Assembly: GCA_033763315.1 (NCBI GenBank)
Contig: JANRKS010000007.1
Location: forward strand, 32,001-96,000
Reading direction: 5' to 3'
DNA length: 64,000 nucleotides
Source: Deltaproteobacteria bacterium
GTDB taxonomy: Bacteria > Myxococcota_A > Polyangia > Fen-1088
Below the pieces are notes generated by a model. It ran no database searches. It worked only from the letters and a program-made list of their open reading frames with translations, and was not told the DNA's origin. Numbering within the stretch: position 1 is the stretch's first letter; each line of letters starts with the position of its first letter. A program made the translations under genes and the position numbers. Shown one piece after another: positions 28,105-37,047 of the stretch.

Positions 28105-29583
28105 TTACGCGCGCAGCGCCTTATCCGCGGGTTTGGCATGCGCCGGGGCAAGCGCGTGGCTTAGGTCTCGCAACACTTCTTGGGCTGTGCGCCCCGCCGT
28201 CGTGGGATCCAGTACGGGTGAGAAGGACTGCGACAGGCCTTTGCCGTTGATGTACGAGCCTGTGCTTTCGAAGTGCGTTAGTGTGGCCAACACCACCGCA
28301 ACGTTCGCGGCTTTGGTCAACGCGCTTTCGGCGAAGTCCAGCACCACCACAGCCTTGGCCGCGTCCAAAACTTTTTGCAGAGCTGGGGGCACGGGTGCGT
28401 TGGGAATGTTGTTCACCAGCACCACAGTGTCGGCGCCTTCGGCCGCCATGGCTGCCAAGGAAGCGTCGGCGTCGGCGATGGACAAGATCTTCGTGAGCCC
28501 CGAACGGTTCGGATTGCGATCGCCCGAGATCGTGAAGCCAGGAAACACTTGATCGTCGCGAGCAGGAGCTCCATAGCCAAAAAGACGTGCGCCTGTGGCC
28601 TTGGCTAAACGCCCCGCCTCTTCCATCGCTTCGCTCGTGGCCCAAGCGCTCACGCCGATGGCCACGCGGCCACCTTTGCGGATGGTCTCAGCGGCGGCCG
28701 TCATGGCCTGTGACCACGTGCTGCCCTGCCCTTTGACAAGCGGCTTTTGCAGCCGGTCCTTGGTGACGTAAGGGAAGCTCAAGCGGCCCTCGTCGCACAT
28801 CCAGGTCTTGTTTACGAGGTCGTTCTTCCGCGGCACGATGCGCTTGATGACGTTCTTCTTGTCGACGTCGACGCGGGTGTTGCAGCCGATGGAACAATCG
28901 GGGCACATCGATTCTTTGGCTTCGAGGTACCACACGCGTGATTGGTAAAGAAAATCCGCAGAAACCAGGGCGCCCACGGGGCACACATCCACGGTGTTCA
29001 TCGACAACGGGTTGTCGAGTTGTTTGCCTGGGAACACGGCAATTTCGCTGCGGTCGCCGCGGTAGATCACGCCCAACTCTTGGGTGCCGCTGACTTCTTC
29101 GGTGAAGCGTACGCAACGCGTGCACACGATGCAGCGCGACCCCCAGTACTTGACGTGGGGACCCATGGTGGCCTTTGACTTAACCACCTTCTCTTCTTCG
29201 AAACGGCCTTTGTCGCGGCCGTAGGTGTAGCTGTAGTTTTGCAGGCGGCATTCACCGGCTTGATCGCACTCGGGGCAATCGAGCGGGTGGTTGATCAGCA
29301 AGAACTCCATCACGCCTTTGCGGGCGTCATCAACGTCTTTGCTACGCGTGGTGACTTCCATGCCTTCGGCCACCGGCGTGCCGCAAGCCACCGCCAACTT
29401 CGGTTGGCCTTTGATCGCCACCAAGCAGATGCGACAGTTGGCCGCCACGCTCAAATTCTCGTGGTAGCAGTAGTGCGGAACGTCGATGCCGTTGTCGTGA
29501 CAAGCCTTGATGACGCTTGTGCCTGCAGGAACTTGCAGGTCGCGTCCATCGACTTTGAGATTGAGAAGTTTCTGTTCAGCCAT
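28105..29583 (-). CDS. nuoG: NADH-quinone oxidoreductase subunit G (short, 492 aa)
   Basis: PHYCYH...NCRICLV, NHPLDCPECDQAGEC, CIVCTRC, CPDCSIGC...MCDEGR. Confidence 0.93.
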   Translation of the reverse strand: MAEQKLLNLKVDGRDLQVPAGTSVIKACHDNGIDVPHYCYHENLSVAANCRICLVAIKGQPKLAVACGTPVAEGMEVTTRSKDVDDARKGVMEFLLINHPLDCPECDQAGECRLQNYSYTYGRDKGRFEEEKVVKSKATMGPHVKYWGSRCIVCTRCVRFTEEVSGTQELGVIYRGDRSEIAVFPGKQLDNPLSMNTVDVCPVGALVSADFLYQSRVWYLEAKESMCPDCSIGCNTRVDVDKKNVIKRIVPRKNDLVNKTWMCDEGRLSFPYVTKDRLQKPLVKGQGSTWSQAMTAAAETIRKGGRVAIGVSAWATSEAMEEAGRLAKATGARLFGYGAPARDDQVFPGFTISGDRNPNRSGLTKILSIADADASLAAMAAEGADTVVLVNNIPNAPVPPALQKVLDAAKAVVVLDFAESALTKAANVAVVLATLTHFESTGSYINGKGLSQSFSPVLDPTTAGRTAQEVLRDLSHALAPAHAKPADKALRA

Positions 29584-29595
29584 GGTCGTCCTGGG

Positions 29596-30993
29596 TCAAT
29601 CCTGACATTTGGCTTCGAATTCTTCTGGGAACATGCCCAGGTAACTCTGCATCGGCATCACAGCCGCATCGGCAAGCACGCAGATCGTCTTGCCTTGCAT
29701 GTTGCGCGTGATCTCCCAAATGAGCGGGATATCGGATTTGTGGCCATGGCCGTGGTGGAACCGGTGCATCAGCTTTTCAAGCCAGCCCGTGCCTTCGCGG
29801 CAGGGGGTGCACTGGCCACACGATTCGTGGTGATAAAAGCGCATCAAGTTGTAGATGGCGCTCACCACGTCGCGAGTCTCATTCAAAACGGTGATGGCGC
29901 CCGAACCCAACATGGTTTTGTTGGCGGCCAAACATTCATAGTCCATCGTGATATCCGCCACCTTGTCGCCCTTGATCAGCGGGGATGACGAACCACCGGG
30001 GATAACGGCCTTAACGCTTTTGCCTTTGACCCCGCCACCGTAGTGGTCGATCACCTTCGACAGCGGCGTGGCCAATGGCACTTCCATGAGGCCCGGCTTG
30101 TTCACGTCGCCCGACAGGCAAAACAGCTTGAAGCCCGGGCTCTTCTCGGTGCCCCATTGGCGGAACCATGTGGGGCCGTTCTTCATGATGTGAACAACGC
30201 TGCAAATCGTCTCAACGTTGTTGACGATCGTGGGGCAACCAAACACGCCCGAAACGGCGGGGAACGGGGGCTTGACCTTGGGGTAACCGCGGCCGCCTTC
30301 GATCGACGACAACATGCCCGTCTCTTCGCCGCAGATATAGGCACCCGCGCCGCGCACGATCGTGATCTTGAGATCGTAGCCTTTGCCGAAGATGTTCTGG
30401 CCCACGTAGCCCTTGGCTTTGGCCTCGTTGAGCGCGCCCAACAAACGTTCGTAGCCAACGATGAATTCGCCGCGCAGGTAGATAAACGCGTGGTGGCAGT
30501 CAATCGCGTACGATGAGATGATCACGCCCTCGATCAATTGGTGCGGATCGAACTCGAGAATGTAGCGATCCTTGAACGTGCCAGGCTCGCTTTCATCGCC
30601 GTTGACGGCCAGGTAGGAAGGTTTGCCCGTGCCCTTCGCCAAGAAGCCCCACTTCATACCGGTGGGAAAACCAGCGCCACCGCGGCCGCGCAATCCACTG
30701 TCTTTGACGGTTTGAACGATCTCGGCTTGCGGGGTGCCAATGAACTTGCGCGCAGTGTCGTAACCGCCGTGGCCTTCGTAGTAAGCGATGGTGTGCGAAT
30801 TAGGTTTGCCGAAGTGCGCGCTCACCACCGGTTCAAAAGGAACCTGGTTGATGGGTGCGGCGGGTGCGGGAGGCGCCGCAGCTGGCGGTGGGCCGGCGAC
30901 AGGCGAAGGCGACACGGGGCCCGCAGACACTGGCGTCTGTGCAACCGGGTTCGAAGGCGACGCGGCAGGAGGGGTAGCGGTGGTTTCAGCCAT
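29596..30993 (-). CDS. nuoF: NADH-quinone oxidoreductase subunit F
   Basis: SGLRGRGGAGFPTGMKW, DESEPGTFKDR, GAGAYICGEET, ESCGQCTPCREG. Confidence 0.97.
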   Translation of the reverse strand: MAETTATPPAASPSNPVAQTPVSAGPVSPSPVAGPPPAAAPPAPAAPINQVPFEPVVSAHFGKPNSHTIAYYEGHGGYDTARKFIGTPQAEIVQTVKDSGLRGRGGAGFPTGMKWGFLAKGTGKPSYLAVNGDESEPGTFKDRYILEFDPHQLIEGVIISSYAIDCHHAFIYLRGEFIVGYERLLGALNEAKAKGYVGQNIFGKGYDLKITIVRGAGAYICGEETGMLSSIEGGRGYPKVKPPFPAVSGVFGCPTIVNNVETICSVVHIMKNGPTWFRQWGTEKSPGFKLFCLSGDVNKPGLMEVPLATPLSKVIDHYGGGVKGKSVKAVIPGGSSSPLIKGDKVADITMDYECLAANKTMLGSGAITVLNETRDVVSAIYNLMRFYHHESCGQCTPCREGTGWLEKLMHRFHHGHGHKSDIPLIWEITRNMQGKTICVLADAAVMPMQSYLGMFPEEFEAKCQD

Positions 30994-31012
30994 AGACTTT
31001 TCTTTGAAGCGT

Positions 31013-31624
31013 TTAAGCTCCAGAGCCTCCCGCAGGCCCGGGGCCCACGCGCAATTGGTGAAGCGTTGGTTGCACGGGTTGCACAGGCACCCGTGCGTTC
31101 ATCACCACGCCGGCTTTGCCCTTGTAGTCCGCACTCGTTTTGCCTTCGGCGGCCAGAGCGCTGTCGAGGAACTTCTCAAGCGCTTCGCCCTCGAAGCACG
31201 TGCGGTGATCGAAGTTCACCTGCACGACCGGTGGAAGGTGGCAATCAGCCAAACATTCCACTTTTTCGACCGAGAACAAGCCATCTGCCGAACGCTCACC
31301 AGCCCTCAGACCAAGCCGCGCTTCAATTTGTTGCAATGCCCGATCGGAGTGACCGCCCATCGCGCACATCAACGTTGCACACACCATCAAGCGGTGCTTG
31401 CCGTGGTAAGGCCGTTTGAAGTGCGTGTAGAACGTCACGGCGCCCTGCACGTGAGCCACGCTGACTTCGCAGTAACGCGCGGCCAATTCCATGCCGGCAT
31501 CATCGATGAAGCCAAATTGGCGTTCAACCAAACGCAACATCATCAGCAAGGCTGACTTCTTGTTTGGAAAGTCGGCCAGCAGCGCTTCGGCTTCGGTCTT
31601 TATTTCAGGGGCGAAATCGGTCAC
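31013..31624 (-). CDS. nuoE: NADH-quinone oxidoreductase subunit E
   Basis: VTFYTHF, VCATLMC, VECLADC; GTGA overlap with nuoD. Confidence 0.93.
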   Translation of the reverse strand: MTDFAPEIKTEAEALLADFPNKKSALLMMLRLVERQFGFIDDAGMELAARYCEVSVAHVQGAVTFYTHFKRPYHGKHRLMVCATLMCAMGGHSDRALQQIEARLGLRAGERSADGLFSVEKVECLADCHLPPVVQVNFDHRTCFEGEALEKFLDSALAAEGKTSADYKGKAGVVMNARVPVQPVQPTLHQLRVGPGPAGGSGA

Positions 31625-32832
31625 CGATCCAGCTCTCCAGCAATGATGTTCATGGAGCCCAAGATCGCAACCAGGTCAGACACCATGTGTCCAGGCAGAA
31701 TCTTGGTCAGCACTTGGTAGTTGTAAAACGACGGCGAACGCACCCGCATGCGATAGGCGTTGTGATGCCCATCTGAAACGATGAAGAAGCCGAGTTCGCC
31801 GTTCGGCACCTCAGTGGATGAATAGAGTTCACCGACCGGAGGATGAATGCCGTGATCAGAACCGGGCATCGTGACCTTGAAGTGGTGAATCAACGACTCC
31901 ATGTCGTTGTAGGTTTCCTTCTTCACAGGCAACACGTACTTCGAGTTCGGCACGTTGATGGGGCCGGGCTCAAGCAAATCCAAAGCCTGGCGCACCATCG
32001 AGATGCTCTGCTCAAGCTCATCGAGGCGAATGAGGTAACGCGTGAGCGAATCGCCCTCGGTGTAGATGGGTACCTCGAACTTCAGTTCAGGGTAAATCAA
32101 GTAGGGGCGGTAGGTGCGTTGGTCGCAGGGCACACCCGAAGCGCGCGCCATCGGACCCGTAAGACCAAAGGAAAGCGCGTCTGCCTTGCTGATCACGCCC
32201 ACACCCTGCGTGCGGTCCAAGAAGATGCGGTTGTTGACAAAGCTTTCGCGCAGCTGCCCGAGCGTATCGGTGCAGGTGTCCATGATTTCGCGCGTCCGCT
32301 TGACGAAGCCATCGGGCAGGTCGAATGCCAAGCCGCCGACGCGCGTGTAGCTGGTGGTAAGGCGGGTGCCTGTGGTGGCCTCGAAGATGTCGTATAGCTT
32401 TTCACGCTCGATCATGCTCCACAGGACCGAGCTGAATGCACCCAAGTCCATCGTCATGAGCCCGACGGCCACGATGTGATCCGCGATGCGGCTCATCTCG
32501 GCCAGCACGGTGCGAATCACTTGGCAGCGCCGTGGCACCACAATGCCCATCAGCTCTTCCACCGCTTGCGCGTAGCCAATGTTGTTGTTAAGCGGCGACA
32601 AGTAATTCATGCGGTCGGTGACCGTGATGAACTGATTGTACGAGTGGTGCTCGCCCAGCTTCTCGAAGCCGGTGTGCAAGTAACCAATCTCTTGTTCAAC
32701 GCTGACGATCTTTTCGCCAGACAGCTCAAGCTTCACCCGCAGCGTGCCGTGCATCGCCGGGTGCGAAGGCCCCACGTTTACAAAGACCGTGTTATCGGTT
32801 TGTTCAAGAACTTCGGTTTCGTAGGAATACAT
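31621..32832 (-). CDS. nuoD: NADH-quinone oxidoreductase subunit D
   Basis: NVGPSHPAMHGTLR, IGYLHTGFEK, DRMNY, EVPNGELG, GELDR C-terminus. Confidence 0.97.
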   Translation of the reverse strand: MYSYETEVLEQTDNTVFVNVGPSHPAMHGTLRVKLELSGEKIVSVEQEIGYLHTGFEKLGEHHSYNQFITVTDRMNYLSPLNNNIGYAQAVEELMGIVVPRRCQVIRTVLAEMSRIADHIVAVGLMTMDLGAFSSVLWSMIEREKLYDIFEATTGTRLTTSYTRVGGLAFDLPDGFVKRTREIMDTCTDTLGQLRESFVNNRIFLDRTQGVGVISKADALSFGLTGPMARASGVPCDQRTYRPYLIYPELKFEVPIYTEGDSLTRYLIRLDELEQSISMVRQALDLLEPGPINVPNSKYVLPVKKETYNDMESLIHHFKVTMPGSDHGIHPPVGELYSSTEVPNGELGFFIVSDGHHNAYRMRVRSPSFYNYQVLTKILPGHMVSDLVAILGSMNIIAGELDR

Positions 32833-32883
32833 CTGGGAGGCGTCCGTCCTCTTGCCTTATGTGAAAGAAATGGTCCGCCGCCC

Positions 32884-33426
32884 CTAGTCTTTAAAGGCCC
32901 TGTAGACCTCAAAATCCGCCCGCTCCCCACGCCCCCGCAGCGGGTATTCCTTGCGCAAAGGAAAGTCCCGATAGTCATCAGGCATCAAAATGCGTTTCAA
33001 GTTCGGATGCCCCACGAACTTGATGCCGAAGAAGTCAAATGCCTCGCGCTCGCCCCACCCTGCGCCTTGGTAAAGGCTTGTGGCGGAATCGATCGTGGGC
33101 GGATCGCCTGCAACAAAGGCGCGCACCTTTACGCGCGCGCCCGAATGCGGCGACATTAAGATGTAAATCACGGCAAACCGTTCCACCTGAGGCAAAACGT
33201 ATTTGCTGTAGTCAACAGCCGTGACGTCCAAAAACCCGGTGAAGCCGAGTTCGGGATCGTCCTTTAGGAAGCTCAACACCGACAAGATGTTTTGGCCGTG
33301 CACATCAATGCCCAAAGCCAAACCCTCTTCGTACGTATGCAAAAGCTCGGACCCGCGCTGCTCTTGCAAGCGGGCCAGCACCTTGGCTTTGGCCGAAGCG
33401 TCGAAACGGATCAGAGGATGGTCCAT
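32884..33426 (-). CDS. nuoC: NADH-quinone oxidoreductase subunit C
   Basis: DVTAVDY, EREAFDFFGIKFVGHPNLKRIL, PLRKEYPLRG. Start at ATG 33426, just after the nuoB stop. Confidence 0.94.
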   Translation of the reverse strand: MDHPLIRFDASAKAKVLARLQEQRGSELLHTYEEGLALGIDVHGQNILSVLSFLKDDPELGFTGFLDVTAVDYSKYVLPQVERFAVIYILMSPHSGARVKVRAFVAGDPPTIDSATSLYQGAGWGEREAFDFFGIKFVGHPNLKRILMPDDYRDFPLRKEYPLRGRGERADFEVYRAFKD

Positions 33427-33428
33427 AC

Positions 33429-33926
33429 CTAAACGGATCCTTCCTTCACCGTGTATTCCTGTGATTTGGCCTGGCCCTTCGACGCCTTTTCCTGAACGGT
33501 CATCAAGGCCTCGATGAAAGCCTCGGGGCGTGGCGGACACCCAGGAATGTAAGCGTCAACCGGGATGAATTGATCAATGCCTTGAATCAGCGTGTACGTA
33601 TCAAACACGCCGCCCGAAGACGCGCACGCGCCCATCGAGATGCACCACTTCGGCTCGGGCATCTGCTCCCAAATGCGGAGCAAAACAGGCATCATCTTCA
33701 ACGAGATGCGGCCTGAGACGATTAGGAGATCACTTTGCCGAGGCGCGAACTTCAACACCTCAGAGCCGAAGCGGGAAGCGTCGTACTTGGACATCAACGC
33801 GGCCATCATTTCGATGGCACAGCAGGCGACACCAAACGGCATGGGCCACATGCTGTTCGATCGCGCCCAGTTGATGGCTGTATCAAGGGTGGTCGTGGTG
33901 TAATCGTTCTGCGGGTTTAGTCCCAT
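33429..33926 (-). CDS. nuoB: NADH-quinone oxidoreductase subunit B
   Basis: [37 protein letters not shown]. Confidence 0.97.
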   Translation of the reverse strand: MGLNPQNDYTTTTLDTAINWARSNSMWPMPFGVACCAIEMMAALMSKYDASRFGSEVLKFAPRQSDLLIVSGRISLKMMPVLLRIWEQMPEPKWCISMGACASSGGVFDTYTLIQGIDQFIPVDAYIPGCPPRPEAFIEALMTVQEKASKGQAKSQEYTVKEGSV

Positions 33927-34276
33927 TCGAGTGCCCCCGTTCTGATGACATAGAAGAGTCCTAAGCCTAGCAGGACGAGGAAGAACAAGACCGGCAACAG
34001 CGCCCCGGTACCAATGAGTGACTTAAAGCCGAACGCCCACGGCAAAAGGAAGATCGTTTCGATGTCGAACAAGATGAACAACAGAGCGAACGTGTAGAAC
34101 TTGATCGCCACCGGCTTGTGCGGGGAATCGAGTTGTTCCAAGCCGCACTCGTAGGCTTCGAACTTTTGCCGGCTTCGGGCGCGTGGGCCCATCGCCGAGG
34201 CAAAGGCGAGCACGGCGGCGGCAAACAAGAAGGCCACCAATGCGTGAATGACGATGGGGAGGTACTGGGTGAGCAT
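33917..34276 (-). CDS. nuoA: NADH-quinone oxidoreductase subunit A
   Basis: [33 protein letters not shown]. Start at ATG 34276. Confidence 0.95.
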   Translation of the reverse strand: MLTQYLPIVIHALVAFLFAAAVLAFASAMGPRARSRQKFEAYECGLEQLDSPHKPVAIKFYTFALLFILFDIETIFLLPWAFGFKSLIGTGALLPVLFFLVLLGLGLFYVIRTGALEWD

Positions 34277-34303
34277 TTCTATGGGCCGCTGCGAAACGGG
34301 TGG

Positions 34304-34332
34304 AACGTAGAATAACTGGGGGGGCTTTTCAA
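34304..34332 (-). promoter_or_regulatory. Putative sigma70 promoter of the nuo operon
   Basis: Minus strand TTGAAA-17 nt-TACGTT, ending 27 nt upstream of the nuoA ATG. Confidence 0.5.
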
Positions 34333-34527
34333 CAGCCGGGCGGCAAGTTGGGATGCTTTCGGATGCTTTTGTAGCGCGCTGTAGTTCACGGCGCGGAGGA
34401 TTTGCGGTTCCAACGTCGAAACAGGGCCGGCCCCGCAACCGAAAGGCAACGTTCCGTTCACACAGCGCGACAAAAGGCCCGGGCCCCAGGCCATGTCCCA
34501 CATTTACGCACACACAAGAAGACGGGA

Positions 34528-35541
34528 CTAGTAGAAGCCCACGCGGTGGAAAATCCACAAACAGAGGGCACTTACGCTGGCGGCGGCGGGGATGGTGAAG
34601 ACCCAAGCCCAAATGATGCGGCTCGCCAAACCCCAGCGAACACCCCGAAGCCGCGTGGTGGAGCCCACCCCCAGAATGGCACCCGTGATTGTGTGCGTGG
34701 TGGACACAGGGATTTTGAAATGGGTCGCGATAAACAACGTGCAAGCGCCTGCCAACTCGGCACAGAACCCGCCGAAGGGTCGCAGGTGCACGAGCTTGCT
34801 GCCCATGGTGCGCACGATGCGCCAGCCGCCCATGGACGTGCCGACGGCCATACACGCGTAACAAGCGGGAGCGATCCACCCGGGTGAGTCGTTGGAATCA
34901 GGAGCCAAGCGCCCGCCTGCCACCAAGGCAGCAATGATGATGCCCATGGTCTTCTGCGCGTCGTTGGCGCCGTGGCCAATGGAGTACGCAGCCGCGGACA
35001 ACAATTGCCCCACGCGGAACGTGCGATCCACGCGCGCGGGACGCCACTTACGAAACACCCACGCCAAGGCAAGTAGGAACAGGCCGCCCAACATGAAGCC
35101 CATCACCGGTGACAAGACGATGAATTCCGCCGTCAATGCCAGCTTTTCGAGCTTGAGGACCTTAAAGCCTCCGTAGGCCAAGCCCGCACCCGAAAAGCCA
35201 CCCATGAGGGCGTGCGACGAGCTGGAAGGCAGGCCCCACCACCACGTCAGCAGGTTCCAGAAAATGGCACCCAACAGGCCCGCCAAGACAACGAACGAGA
35301 ACGCGGGATCGCCGGGTTCCAGCTTCACCAATCCCGCCACCGTTTTTGCCACGCCTTCGTGAAACAAAAACAGCGCGACGAAGTTGAACACCGCCGCCCA
35401 TAAAACGGCGATGCGAGGGGTCAGCACGCGCGTCGAAACGATCGTAGCGATCGCGTTTGCGGCGTCGTGAAAACCATTGATCACGTCGAACGCCAAAGCG
35501 ACGACGACGGTGATGTACATAATGATCGTTGCGGTGGTCAT
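34528..35541 (-). CDS. pit: Inorganic phosphate transporter (PiT family)
   Basis: NGFHDAANAIAT, GLPSSSSHAL, HGANDAQKTMG, PVSTTH. Confidence 0.94.
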   Translation of the reverse strand: MTTATIIMYITVVVALAFDVINGFHDAANAIATIVSTRVLTPRIAVLWAAVFNFVALFLFHEGVAKTVAGLVKLEPGDPAFSFVVLAGLLGAIFWNLLTWWWGLPSSSSHALMGGFSGAGLAYGGFKVLKLEKLALTAEFIVLSPVMGFMLGGLFLLALAWVFRKWRPARVDRTFRVGQLLSAAAYSIGHGANDAQKTMGIIIAALVAGGRLAPDSNDSPGWIAPACYACMAVGTSMGGWRIVRTMGSKLVHLRPFGGFCAELAGACTLFIATHFKIPVSTTHTITGAILGVGSTTRLRGVRWGLASRIIWAWVFTIPAAASVSALCLWIFHRVGFY

Positions 35542-35594
35542 GAACAGGTCATCCAGTCGTTCCGTGCGGGAAGGGCCGCAGGTGCAGGGGTTGG

Positions 35595-36221
35595 TTAACC
35601 GTTCTCAAGCACAACACCTTCAATGATGTTGGCCACGTCTTCGCAGCGATCCACGGCGTTTTCAACGTTCTCGTAGATCTCTTTCCACTTGATGACCGCG
35701 ATCGGATCCTTTTCTTCCTTGAACAACCGGGCCACGGCGCGCCTCATGATGGCGTCGCTTTCGTTTTCAAGCCGGTTGATCTCGACGCAGATTTTCAGAA
35801 TCTCTGCGGGGTGGCGCAGGTTGCTCATCAACTTGCACGCTGAAAGCACCTCTTCGGCAGCGCGGGTCAGAACGTCGGCCATATCTTTAAGCTCGGGCGT
35901 CATCTCCGTGATCTCGTAAAGTAGGATTCGCTCGGCAGCGGCTTCCACGTAATCCATGATGTCGTCCAGCTTGGTGATGAACCGGTGGATGTCGTAGCGA
36001 TCCAGAGGCGTGATGAACGTTTTGTGAAGCGCTTCCACACAACGGTGGGTGATCACGTCGGTCTCGTGCTCGATCTCGGCGACCCGGCGGGTTTTGGCTT
36101 CGATGTTGGCCGCGGTGGTGACCAACGACTGAAACTCTTTGGCCCCTTGAACCGTCAAGGCCGCGTGTTGCTCAAAGAATTCGAAGAAGCTGGTTTCCTT
36201 GGGCAAGAATCGTCCGAACAT
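35595..36221 (-). CDS. DUF47 (PhoU-like) Pit accessory protein
   Basis: MFGRFLPKETSFF, EHETD, TFITPLDRYDI, IKWKEIYE...DRCEDVANIIEGV; usual partner upstream of pit. Confidence 0.9.
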   Translation of the reverse strand: MFGRFLPKETSFFEFFEQHAALTVQGAKEFQSLVTTAANIEAKTRRVAEIEHETDVITHRCVEALHKTFITPLDRYDIHRFITKLDDIMDYVEAAAERILLYEITEMTPELKDMADVLTRAAEEVLSACKLMSNLRHPAEILKICVEINRLENESDAIMRRAVARLFKEEKDPIAVIKWKEIYENVENAVDRCEDVANIIEGVVLENG

Positions 36222-36468
36222 GAGGGATCTCCGAAGGGTACGTGGGGCGGTTGTTTGGCGCAGCGGCCGGCGGGTTTGCCGCCCCTTCGCTGAACGCGCC
36301 CGCTTTACCATGCCCAGCGGCACTTCGTCACCCCTTCTTTGCGCGATCAAGACGCCGGCGTGGCGCCCGTTACCTTGTGGGGGCGATAGAACGCAGCGGG
36401 GGCCAAATAAGCGCAACGGCGCCCTTGACACAAAAGCCAACCGCGCATGTCAAACTGCGGCCACCGCC

Positions 36469-37047
36469 ATGTCTTTGCTCATCCTTTACGCACACCCGGC
36501 GTCACATCGATCTCGGCTGAACCGTCGCTTGTTGGCGGAGGCTTTGTCAGTGCCGGGCGTGCTGGTTCATGACCTTTACGAAGAGTATCCGGATTTTCAC
36601 ATCGAGGTACGGCGCGAGCAGGAATTGCTGGTGGCGCACGACACGGTGGTGTTCCAGCATCCGTTTTACTGGTACAGCGTTCCGGCACTTTTAAAACAGT
36701 GGATGGACTTGGTGTTAAAGCACGGGTGGGCCTACGGCAAAGGCGGAACCGCCCTGCAGGGCAAACGCTGGTTGACGGCGGTCACCACCGGCGGGCCGGA
36801 GGCTGCTTACCAGGAAGAAGGCGCGAATCGCTTCACCATGCGTCAACTGCTAGCGCCCCTTGAGCAAACGGCGCGTTTGTGCGGCATGGAATTTCTGGAG
36901 CCCTTCATCACGCATGCCGCACATCGAATTAGCGATGCTGATCTAGAGGCGCAAGCACACGCTTACCGAAAGCTGTTGGCCTCATTGCTGGCCGAGCGAA
37001 GCCCAAGGGCGGAAGCAAGCATGGGAGACGGTGATGAACAGCGGTAG
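36469..37047 (+). CDS. kefF: Flavodoxin-like ancillary protein of glutathione-gated K+ efflux (KefF/KefG)
   Basis: LYAHP, DLYEEYPDF, FQHPFYWYSVPALLKQWMD, GWAYG. KefF versus KefG cannot be resolved by eye. Confidence 0.88.
   Translation: MSLLILYAHPASHRSRLNRRLLAEALSVPGVLVHDLYEEYPDFHIEVRREQELLVAHDTVVFQHPFYWYSVPALLKQWMDLVLKHGWAYGKGGTALQGKRWLTAVTTGGPEAAYQEEGANRFTMRQLLAPLEQTARLCGMEFLEPFITHAAHRISDADLEAQAHAYRKLLASLLAERSPRAEASMGDGDEQR

Noticed and set aside
33917-34879. 320-aa NuoA with long N-terminal extension in the ORF track
   Set aside because: The extension overlaps pit in another frame; NuoA similarity begins at ATG 34276, downstream of a plausible promoter.
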